Shown here: positions 12,774-23,744 of the stretch, in pieces
How the letters are laid out: every line of letters starts with the position of its first letter
Position numbering within the stretch: position 1 is the stretch's first letter
Source of the DNA: Squalus acanthias
Lineage: Eukaryota
Direction of reading: 5' to 3'
DNA length: 64,000 bases
Assembly (NCBI GenBank): GCA_030390025.1
Contig: CM059431.1
Span: 154,506,001-154,570,000 of the forward strand
Notes under the pieces: generated by a model
What the model was told of the DNA's origin: nothing
Seen by the model: the letters and a program-made list of their open reading frames with translations, nothing else
The model's database searches: none
Translations under genes and position numbers: made by a program

Positions 12774-12880
12774 CCGGCTCTTCCCAGTTCTGATGAAAGG
12801 TCATCGACCTGAAACGTTAACTCTCTTTCTCTCTCTACGGATGCTGCCTGGCCTGCTGAGTTTTTCCAGCGTTTTCTGTT
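12774..12880 (+). mobile_element. Short Penelope-type insertion (family A, single arm)
   Basis: Perfect 14-bp TSD GTTACATCAGATTT at 12760-12773 and 12881-12894. Absent from the paralogous site at ~3125-3138. Confidence 0.8.
12786..12822 (+). ncRNA. Minimal type-I hammerhead ribozyme motif
   Basis: AGUU CUGAUGA A AGGUC AUC GACCU GAAA CGUU AACU: canonical core, perfect 5-bp stem II, 4-bp stem I and palindromic stem III. Confidence 0.75.
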
Positions 12881-15866
12881 GTTACATCAGATTTACTGTT
12901 ATGCTGCCTGGTATCAGCTAAACAGATACAAATGAAGACTTGGAAAGTTATTTTTTTCATGAGAATCGCACATATCAGGAGTGATAAGATAGATATGTTT
13001 AAAATTATGAACGGTTGAGACAAGATAGATAGAAGCAGGCTATTTTCAGCAGTTGAGGTATCACGAACAAAGGAGACAATGAATTTAACGTTCAGATTTT
13101 CCCAGTCTCACAATGAATTGAAGCCGCTCCCAAACAGTCCAAATAAAGATTAAATCCAAAGTGAAATTACAACACCGCAATTGAAGATAACAGTCCGCTG
13201 AAGCAGCAACTTGACTTGTTTACCGAAAACACATTTGCTGATTAAGTTCCAGTAATTCAAACTCGGAGCCTGATAATCATGGGTGGGAACATCCTGTTCA
13301 AGGCCGAGGCTGTAACACATCAACTGGGGACTTTCTGCCGGAGAATATAATGATTGCTCTTTTGTTAATAAGAAATTAACCCGTGACGGCAATTGTACAC
13401 ATTCATGGCAATAAGGATTAGATTAGCATAAGAACATAAAACATAAGAAATAGGAGTATGAGTAGGCAATTTGGCCCTTCGCGCCTGTTCCGCCATTCAA
13501 TAAGATCATGGCTGATCTTCTGACTCATCGCCAATTTCTTGCATTATCGGATATCCCTTGATTCCCTTAATATAAAGATCATCATACAGGGATTCAAATG
13601 TAGTTCATTTACATAGAGTTAGAATCTGGGCAAAGAAAAAGCTAGTGATCGAAAGATAAGATGTTTACAAGCACTTAAAGTTTCAGTTTTGTGAGGTTAC
13701 TGTGACCTTCCATCTGGTGTTGAATCTAAGAAACTAACAGCGATCTTTGCCCGTTGCTATCAGTATTTATATTCAGATAATAAAGTAGTTTTATGCTGAT
13801 CAATAACATCGAGGTAAGGACACGGAACTGATTCCTGCAAACGAACACAATTTCTCTGTGGGGTCTTCTGAACTGCAGATGGAAGAGCCGGGGGAAATTT
13901 AATAATTGTTAGAACACCAAGAAATAATGACTTTGGTTAAACGATCAGTAATTCACCAGAACAGTTTAACCTGAATGAGATCGTGTTTGATTCAGCTCAA
14001 GCCCTGCACCAGAGATCAGGGCGGGGAGAGTTTGTACTGATCAGACTGAAGGTCGTGCTTGTGACGGTGATGTGTAACTGATCTTTACCCAGTGTATAAT
14101 CATTAACCTGCAGAACACACAACGCTCACTTACCCAGACTATCTGGAAACAGAGCCAGGAGCCGTGGACCAGGTAAGGACCCGCAACATTCTGAGCATCT
14201 TTATTGTGCTTTAATGTATTTAAAACGTTGTAGTATCCATCATGGATCAAGTAAGAAAATATTGTTTTTTCAGAAATTAATTTACTGGAAGTAGCGCCAT
14301 TTAACAGAATAAAACTTCAAAATGTAAACTTATTCCCTGAAATTATATTGCTGTAAATAGTATTTTTTTCTCGTTTATGACACGGCGATGAACCAAAAGT
14401 TAGAAGTTGATATTCTCAAAATAAATCACAATCAGTAACCATCACCGAAATTTAGATTCCAGCCATGGGCGAGTAACCTTCATTGAACCCGTATTGACCT
14501 CAGGATTCTAGAGCTCCTAGTGCCAAACGAATCAAATGATGCCTTGTTGTCGAGGAGAGTTATGGTCAGTTTCCCTCTGTTATTTAACTCTTGCACCTGT
14601 GAACAATTCAGGATCGAGGAGTTCAGGCATTGCTCGAAATTCCCGTCGGTGAGCAGGTGAAAATTAAGTGAGTTCGGCTTGATCACTCTGTATATGAATC
14701 ACTCCATCGCTCTGCTGATCATTGAGAGGTGACTGATAGGAGGATAATTGGTTGGAGTCAAGTGTGTCCTTAATTTTGCGGGTAGGATATAGCTGGTCAT
14801 CCAAAATATATCCCTCAAGAGCAAAAATTCCACTTGTGCAGTCAAATAACCATGGTAAGCTTGTGAGTTAAGACGCAGTGTAAAACTAAAGTCAGGGACT
14901 TACACAAATACCAGAAGACTGTTAAAATTATAGAAAGCAACTAAGGTACATAAAGAAAATATTACGAGCTGCAGGAATGGGACACGAAAACTATTTCCAA
15001 TTAATATAACGGCTAATAATAAATAATGTATGAATATATTAAGTGTGAGAAAATTGCTGATGGAGATGTGCACATATCAATGACAGACACCGGTAATAAA
15101 GAAATAGTTAACAGTTAACAAGGTATAAGCCGATTTATTCAAGAAAGTACTTTTTATTGGTTTTCACAGCCGAGGAAGATGACGCAATACTAGTGATAGA
15201 AGGGAAACTAAAAATAAATCCAGGAGATGAACTTACTGTATTCCAAATGTAAAAAATGGTAATGGAGGAAATAAATGGACTTAGGATAGATAAATCTCCA
15301 GGACGTGATGGCTTCCAACATTGGGTATTAAAATAAGCAGGGTGGGGATTGTTCAAGCGTTTTGTCGATTTCCAGGAAGCATTCGTTAAGGATCAACACG
15401 TTAAACTTTCAACGTTATAGCAGATTTATTGAAAAAGTAAGTTGTATTGGTTTTCATAGTAGAGGAAGAGGACACATTTCCAGTTAAAAAAGATGGGTAC
15501 CTAAAATAATTCAATGGTTACACACAAAAGATGATTGGCAAAAAGAGATGGCATGGCATTTGAGGCATCTTTTTGACTTGGATTAGAAATGGTTAACAAG
15601 GTATGAGGCAGAGTGGGAATAAAGGGTCGGCACTGAGATTGACAGTTTGCATAAACTTGGATTGTATTCCCTTGTGTATAGAAGGTTGAGGGTGATCTTC
15701 TGGAGACGTGTAAAATTTTGAAATGATTAAATAGGGTAGATAGAGATAAACTATTTCCTCTGATGGTGGAGTCAATAAGAAGGATATATAACTGAACATT
15801 AGAAAGTGGCCCTAAACCAGTGACAGCAAAAAATATGCAAAATACCACAAGCGGAACTTTTAACAT

Positions 15867-16100
15867 TAATACAAAAGCAAAATACTGCGGATTCTGGAAA
15901 TCTGAAATAAAAACAGAAAATGCTGGAAATACTCAGCCGGTCAGGCAGCATCTGTCAAGAGAGAAAAAGACTTAACGTTTCAGCTCGATGACCTTTTGTC
16001 AGAACTGCCGAAGGGTCATCGACCTGAAACGTTAACTCTGTTTCAATCTCCGGAGATGCTGCCTGACCTGCTGAGTATTTCCAGTATTTTCTGTTTTTAT
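15867..16100. mobile_element. Penelope-type foldback insertion, family A (hammerhead cores mutated)
   Basis: Long inverted arms centred at ~15993. TSD TTTTAACAT at 15858-15866 and 16101-16109. Cores read CUGACAA (-) and CUGCCGA (+). Confidence 0.75.
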
Positions 16101-18733
16101 TTTTAACATGAAGTTGGTTGACTAAGCAAAAAAGAATATTGAAGAGAAACATTATCTGACACATCATTGTTTGCACCGTTTCTCGAGTTTATAACTGCAT
16201 TCGGTGATGGCAACATGAGTTGTGCTGTGCAAGTAATGTTGGATTATGCGCACATTTACTGTGACTCTGGCATATGTAGAAAAGCTTTGATGTTTCCTTT
16301 GTGTTGGATGGCGAATCGGACTGGCAGCAGGATGGGGCAGGAAGCAGAGAAGGTAATCAGACATGGTGCAGATAGAAAGGAAGGGAGGGGGAATTCAGTT
16401 ATACAGCAGGAAGGTGAATGGATGTGAAGAAGATCGAGAACGGAGCAGCAGAAAATGTAGGGCAAAGGGGCCAATTAGGATTATAGCAGGTGGGGAAAGA
16501 ATAATGGCTACGAAGAGAGTTATGGGTAGAGAAAGACTGCAGAACTGGAAGCGTTTACAGATGCAGAGGGACATTCAACCATGGAGCAGGTGGGATGGAG
16601 TGTGCATCTGGGGCAAGGAAGTTACGACCGATTCAAACATAGAGCTGATGGGAATGGAAACAGGGGAGAAACAGATATGGAACCGACGGAAGGATAAGGT
16701 AGGATATTCAGACACGAAGCAGGGGCAGACATAATCAGTTTGGGAGTGGCAAGACAGAGAAGCTGGAAGGAAAATGTGACAAGGAGGAGACACAAGAGGC
16801 AGAATGACATGTTAATGTGTATATTAAATTCAAATGCTAATTTGGTAATTATTTTAATGGTCAGTGTTTCTCAGGCTCGCAATAAATTGAATGCGCTACT
16901 AAACTGTTAAAGGAAAGATTAAATAAAAATGTGAAATTACATCAGCACCACTTAAAGTTAACAGGCCTACGAAGCTGCAATTTGTACTCTTTACCCCACG
17001 CATTTGCTGATTCAGTTCCAGTACGTGAAACCTTCAGTTTGATACTCATGGGTGTGAGCATTCTGATCAAGGTCCAGACTGCTACTCATTAACTGGAGAC
17101 TATATGCCAGAGATTGTAGACAGTGATCTTTGTCCCTTGCTATCTCTGGCCTTTCACAGTCCGATGATAAAGAAGTTTTACATGTTGCACTCTAAGTACA
17201 GTTTGTTCTGCATATTATTCAGTAATTCTAAAATTATGCATACACGACATTTTTTTAACAGGAGAAATTCGTAGTCATATTCATAGAGTTATACAGCACA
17301 GAAAGAGGCCCTTCGTCCCATCGTGTCCGCTCCGGCCATCAAGCCCTGTCTATTCTAAGCCCATTTTCCAGCAGCACTTGGTCCTATAGCCTTGTATGCT
17401 ATGGCGTTTCAAGTGCTCATCTGAATGGTTCTTCAATGTTGTGAGGGTTCCTGCCTCTACCTCCCTTTCAGGCAGTGCGTTCCAGATTCCAACCACCCTC
17501 TGGGTGAAAACGTTTTTCCTCAAAGCCCCTCTGAACCTCCTGCCCCTTAGCTTAAAACTACGCCCCCTGGTTATTGACCCCACTACTAAAGGGAAAAGTT
17601 CCTTTCTATCTACCCCATCTATGCCCCTCATAATTTTGTACACCTCAATCAGGTCCCCCCTCAGCCTTCTCTGCTCTAAGGAAAAAAAAAACAGCTTATC
17701 CAGTCTATCATCAGAGCTGAAGCGCTCCAGCCCATGTAACTTCCTGGTGAATCTCCTGTGCACCCTTTCCAACGCAATCACACCCCTCCTATAATGTGGC
17801 GACCAGAACTGCTCACAGTATTCCAGCTGTGACCTAAATAACGTTTTGTACAGTTCTATCATAACCTCCCTGCTCTTATATTCTATGTCTCGGCTAATGA
17901 AGGCAAGTATCACATATTCCTTTTTAACCAACTTATCTGCCTGTCCTGCTGCCTTCTGGGATCTATGTACATGCACAACAATGTCCCTCTGATCCTTTGT
18001 CCTTCCTTGAATCCTACCATTCATTGCGTATTCCATTGGCTTGTAAGTCACCTCACACTTTTCATCTTTGTATTCCATTTGCCACTGTTCTGCCCATCTA
18101 ACCATCCCGTCTATATCGTCCTGTAGCCTGAGGTTTCCCTCCTCACTATTTACCGCTCCACCAATTTTCGTGTCTTCTGCAAACTTACTGATCATAACTG
18201 CTACATATATACATAAATCATTAATGTATACTACAAACAGCAAAGGACCCAGCACCGATCCCTGCGGTACAAACTGGACACAGAATTCCAGTCACAAAAA
18301 CAACCTTCGACCATCACCCTCTGCCTCCTGCCACAAAGCCAATATTGGATCAAATATGCCAAATTGCGCTGGATCCCATGGGCTCTTACCTTCTTGACCA
18401 TTCTCCCATGTGGTATTTTTCAAAAGTCTTACTGAAGTCCATGTAGACTACATCAACTGCACTGCCCTCATCCACATACCCAGTCACCCCCTCGAAAAAA
18501 TCAATCAAATTGGTCAGGCATGATCTCCCCCTGACAAAGCCATGCTGACTATCCTTGATTAATCCTGGCCTCTCAAAGTGGAGACTAATTCAGTCCCACA
18601 GAATTATTTCCAATAATTTCCCTACCACTGATGTTAGGCTCACTGGCCTGTAATTTTCTGGTTTATCGCTACTACCCTTCTTGAACAATGGTACGGCGCT
18701 AGCTGTTCTCCAGTCCTCTGGGACCTTCCCTGT

Positions 18734-18946
18734 TGAGAGGTCGCACAACACCTGGTTATAGTCCAACAGTTTTATTTGAAATCACAAGCTTTCGGAGCTA
18801 TCACTCCTTCCAATTTACTTCACCTGAGGAAGGAGTGATAGCTCCGAAAGCTTGTGATTTCAAATAAAACTGTTGGACTATAACCTGGTGTTGTGCGACC
18901 TCTCAATTTTGTCCACCCCAGTCCAACACCGGCATCTCCGCATCAT
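18734..18946. mobile_element. Penelope-type foldback insertion, family B
   Basis: 78-bp inverted arms at 18734-18811 and 18828-18905 with one mismatch. Perfect 12-bp TSD GACCTTCCCTGT at 18722-18733 and 18947-18958. Confidence 0.8.
18820..18857 (+). ncRNA. Minimal type-I hammerhead ribozyme motif
   Basis: UCAC CUGAGGA A GGAG UGAUAG CUCC GAAA GCUU GUGA: core, stem II GGAG/CUCC, stem I UCAC/GUGA and palindromic stem III (AAGCUU). Confidence 0.75.
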
Positions 18947-19581
18947 GACCTTCCCTGTGTCCAGAGAGGTTCAGAAAATTTGTGTCAGAGACCCTGCAAT
19001 CTCCTCTCTTGCCTCACACAGAAGCGCGGGAAGCATCCCTTCAGGGCCTGAGAATTTATCCACTTTTAAGCCTGCTAAAACCGCTAGTACCTTCTCCCTG
19101 TCATTACTAATTTGTTCAAGTATATCACAATCCCCCTGTCTTATTTATATGCCTACATAACCCTTCTCCTTAGAGAACACAGATGCAAAATATTAATTTA
19201 AAACCTCACCCACATCTTCCGGCTGTACACACAGTTTCCCACTTTGGTCCCTAATAGACAATCATAGACTATCCCAAAATGATGGTGGTTGACTTTGATT
19301 GTGGACACATCCCAATTTAGCAATTGAGTAACTCAAAGTAGCTGCTGGCATCAAACGCAATCCCCTTCATGAATGGCAAGTCAGCAGATTGGATATCGGG
19401 GCTGCTGCAGGATTCTACGTGCGGTCGCAACAATGATTAAAATGTGGCAGAGCTACCTCACAACATTTGCTCAATATTTTTGTAAATATATGTATATACT
19501 AATGCCACAGAATTTTTTTCCAATAATGTCAATATATTGCTCATCATGACCTCTATATCTCTTTCATTTCACGTACAAATC

Positions 19582-19748
19582 GGTGTGAAATAAGATTTAG
19601 GCAGGGACGTAAAACGGCCTCTATCGCACCTGCCATCCCTGAAATGCAATTCTTTTGAATTGAATGGAACTGTATGTCGGCTGAAGCTAGAACAGGCGGC
19701 CTATGAGATATCATTTATTTCCGGCTCTTCCTAAGTTGAATTTCACCC
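19582..19748. mobile_element. Small degenerate MITE (Harbinger-like termini)
   Basis: Termini GGTGTGAAAT...AATTTCACCC. A related copy starts at ~20678. Confidence 0.45.
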
Positions 19749-20879
19749 AAGAATTTTCTATCCATTTAATTAATAGTTTGTTCCAGGATTTTTGTTCACA
19801 TGTGAATCACGATGCATTTCTGTACATTGAATTCCATCTGCCGTCTGTCTGCTCAATTCCAACTATATTTGTATCCTTCTGTATCTTATTCCATTCATCT
19901 TTGGAATATCCCATCTTCCTTCATATAATAATAGATTCATACAGAACACAAGACGGCCAATCGGCCTTTGCGTCTATGCATGCTCTTTGAATGAGCTAAA
20001 CAATTAGTCCCACGCATCTATTCTTTCCGCATAATCCTGCCAATTTTCCACCATGAAATATTAACCAAATCCCTTTTGAAATTTGCTACTGAATCTGCTT
20101 CCACCACCCTTTGAGGCATTTCATTCCAGATATGACAACTCACTGTCTGAAAAAAAATTCCTCGTTTCTCCCCTGTTTTTTGCCAATTTCCTTAAATCTG
20201 TGTCCCCTAGTTACCGAACCTCCTGCTCGTGGAAATAGTTTCTTCTTATATACCCCACGAAAATCCCTTACAATTTAGCATTGTATCATCTCCAGGTTTA
20301 GCACTTGTGCTTGTGACTCCGATCTCTGGATCATTTATAAAGATATTAAACAACAAAGTTATCAAAACAGACACTTGTGGGAACTCACTGGTAACATTCT
20401 CCCAGGCTAATGACCTCTGAGATCAATAAATGTCTCCCCATTTAAACATGCTTCAAGTGATTCCCGCTTTCTTTAATTTCTGTACCAGCTTTTCCAGAGG
20501 AACTTCTCAAAGGCCTTACTGAAATCAAAGCGCAGCATCCATTGCATTGCCCCTGTTAAGCTCCTTTGTCAGACTTTCAAAGAAAACCAGTAAAATAGAT
20601 TGGCAAGACCGTCCCTTCATGAACCTATTTGGGATATTTTTTACGATTGTATTTCTATTCAGCTGCTCCAAGATCTTGGGGTGAAATAGGGTCTAGGCAG
20701 GTAGGCAAAACATGCGGAATCGCATTTGCCGATTGTTATAGGACAAACTTGATTTTCATCTCTATTGAATTTAATGGAACTTCATATCAACTGATGTGTA
20801 TAACATGTGACCCATGCAATCCCAACTGCTAGACGTGAGATATACCTTAGTATAATATGCGATACATCTTTTAGTGCAA

Positions 20880-21500
20880 GGTTCATTTCTGTGTCAGTGT
20901 TAAAATAAAGACATCAGTTGACAGAGTGCATTCTTTTCTAACTCCAATTGTTGATCTAAACCATCTTGTTAGCTTCGTATCTGCTTTAACAGCGCTCAGG
21001 GACTTTTTATAGCTTTTTTACATAAGTCTGACAAATTTCTCAGGGAATAGTTTACATCCACAAGACATGCCATGTCATTTCCCGCTCGTACAGTGCCAAA
21101 GATCAGCATAAAATATATGAAGTTGCTGTAAAAATGGATGTTGTGTTCCATAAATTTCTTCGAAATCTGTCGCACCTGCCAATAAATAAACAGATTTTCT
21201 ATCACACTTTGTCCTGCTCTAAAACCAGCTTGTTCTTGATTAATATTACATCTTTGTATGTTTTCATTCTGCTCTGCAGTGTCGTACTAAATACTTGTCC
21301 TGGTATATCTATAAGCTGATTCGTCTGTAATTGTTGCATTTCCTCTAATTTCCTTTTTGCGAAGATTGACAATAGTATCACTTTCCCAGTCATCAGGTAC
21401 TTCCTTTTCTTCATGAATTTTGTCAAACAGCATTTGCGCCACTCTACATATGTTCATCACCCGCTTGCAACGGCACTGCAATTATATAATCGATACCGGG
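20880..21500 (-). mobile_element. Ancient non-CR1 LINE RT fragment (RTE-like)
   Basis: Minus strand reads LFDKIHEEKEVPDDW..IVNL.KK and EQAGFRAG (21212-21235). Confidence 0.6.
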
Positions 21501-21689
21501 AGCCTTGTACTTTGCAAACTTGCAATACATTTATTTACATCTTATAGAGATCTTAAAAAAATGTTATTCACTTCTCTTGCAATAATCTTTTCTAAATTTC
21601 CCTTTGCCATTTTGACGCATTTTATACTTGTGGCCTGCTGTTATAATTGAATCCATCTTAATTATATGCCATGATCTTGATGATCTTAC

Positions 21690-22915
21690 ATCATAAAGCA
21701 CAGAACCTTACAGCACTAAAAAATCATTTCGGCTCATCGTGCCTGTTTCGGCTCTTTGAAAGAGCTATCCAATCAGTCCCACTTCCTCATTCTTTCACCA
21801 TAGCATTTACATTTTCGCCCTTTAATTAATTATCCACCCCCATTTGAAAGTCATGATCGAATCTTCTTCCAACACACTTTCAGGCAGCACATTCCAGATC
21901 ATATCAACTCGCTGCGAGAACAAATGTCTTCCTCTCAATTCTTGCTCATTTTATAATTACCTTATATCTGTGTTGTGTGATTACCGACCCTCCTGCCACT
22001 GGAAACAATTTCTCCCGATGTACTCTATCAACAGTCTAAATGATTTTGAACGTCTCTATTAAATCGCGTTTAAAGTTCTCTGATCTGAGGAGAACAATTC
22101 CAGCTTTTCTCGTCTCTCCACGTAACTGAAGTCCCTCATCCCTGAAACAATTCTAGTAAATCTGCGCTGCACCCTCTCCATGGCCTTGACATAATTCTTA
22201 AAGTGTGGCGCCCACAATTAGACGTTATATTCCAGCTGAGGCCTAACCACTCATTTATATAGGTTTAGCTCAACTTCTTGCTAATGTACTCTATATCTCT
22301 ATTGATAAAACCAAGGATCCCATATACTTTCTAACAGCCTTATCAACTTGTCCTGCCACATTTAAATATTTATGTAAGTAAACCGCCAGAACTCTCTGTT
22401 TCTACACTCCTTTTAAAACTGTATCATTTATTTTACATTGCGTCTCTTCAATCTGCCTTCCAAAAGGCATGAATCCATAATTCTCTGCGTTAAATTTCAT
22501 CTGGCAAATGTCTGCCCATTTCACCAGTCTGTCTGTTTGCTCTTCAATGCTAATATTATACTCCTCACTGTTTATTATATTTTCTAATTTCGTGTAATTT
22601 GCAAGCTGTAAAATGATTCCCTGCGTACCCAATTCCAAGATATTAATATACATCAAAAAAGGCAGCGGTGCTAACCCTTGAGGACACCACCGTATTCTTC
22701 CCTGTTGCCTTAAAAACAACTATTCACAACTACTCTCTGGGTTATGTCCCTGAGCTAATTGCGTATCCACGCAGCAACTGCCGATTAAATCTCATGGTCT
22801 TCAAGTTTGCTAACAAATCTAATATGTGGTACATTTTCAAACCACTTTTGAAAGTGCATATATACAACGTGAACCGCATTCTCCGCATAAATCCTCTCTG
22901 TTATCGCATCACAGA
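21690..22915 (-). mobile_element. Degenerate CR1 3' portion
   Basis: ORF 22402-22719 is an RT remnant. CR1-like tail at 21690-21800. Confidence 0.75.
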
Positions 22916-23744
22916 AATAATAATTACCTGAACGGATATTGAACCAGAGCTCCAGCGGTTAGAGCGCGGTCTCGTAACCATTAGATCACGAGGAACATTC
23001 TGCCTTTAGCCTGTTGTTATTTATGTATTTGTTGCTTACTATCTTGTAACTGTTCTTTGCATTGGTATGCATTGATGCTTTGCATTCCCTTCAGGAATTT
23101 AGAAATTATTGTTCCTGTCAGTTTTTGCTAAGTTAAAATCTCTAACCACACTTTATGGTCAATTACTATCGCATTTCTTGTCTTATTCACAGTCCCAGAT
23201 TAACGTTTACTTCCTGGCCTGTGGGTTTATAACCTACCCCTCGTGATAGCTACCTCTGTAATTATCTATGAATTCTAGCTAAAGTGTTTTTGTGTCACGG
23301 TCCTTTCAAATGTTGTAGCATTTCTCACTTGTCCTTCAATACTGGGCATTATACATACTGTCACATAACTTCCGTTTCTCCTCATACCGTCTCATCAAAG
23401 CAGTATATAAGTTCCAGATATGTACCCATTGAAAGTTATCATTCCACCATGTGGTCACGATGCTAATGATAACCAATCTGACACACCTGAAAGACTTTTC
23501 ACGAAACTCATCTTATTTGTCAGACGTTATTTTCATTAATAAAAGCAAAGCTGGTTAGGTTTTGCATTTCCCATTTACATTAGTTAATTGTTTACTTCGT
23601 TTTTATTCCACCATTGGAATTAGACTTCTTAATTTTTTCAGTGGAACAGCTTAAGGGTTGCTGCAATCGCTATGGCTGCTCTATTTCACCGACCACAAAT
23701 ATCACCACATTAGTTGAAATGATCCTCCTCTATTCTATCTATAC

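Larger units (their letters stand above)
2300..15390. repeat. Tandem segmental duplication of a ~3.4-kb unit (unit 1 ~2300-11940, expanded by insertions; unit 2 ~11940-15390)
   Basis: 2303-4110 is colinear with 11937-13430, and 10007-11945 is colinear with 13447-15385. The unit contains ancient CR1 remnants and unique sequence. Confidence 0.9.
17270..19260 (-). mobile_element. CR1 LINE, 5'-truncated, different subfamily
   Basis: ORF 17350-18255 encodes the RT C-terminus. Distinct 3' tail. Interrupted at 18734-18946. Confidence 0.9.

Noticed and set aside
16164..16810. Cluster of overlapping ORFs
   Set aside because: Purine-rich low-complexity sequence with few stops and no recognisable domain.
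22945..23010. tRNA gene
   Set aside because: An A-box-like AGCGGTTAGAGC is present, but there is no B box or T arm and no acceptor stem. At most a decayed tRNA-derived fragment.
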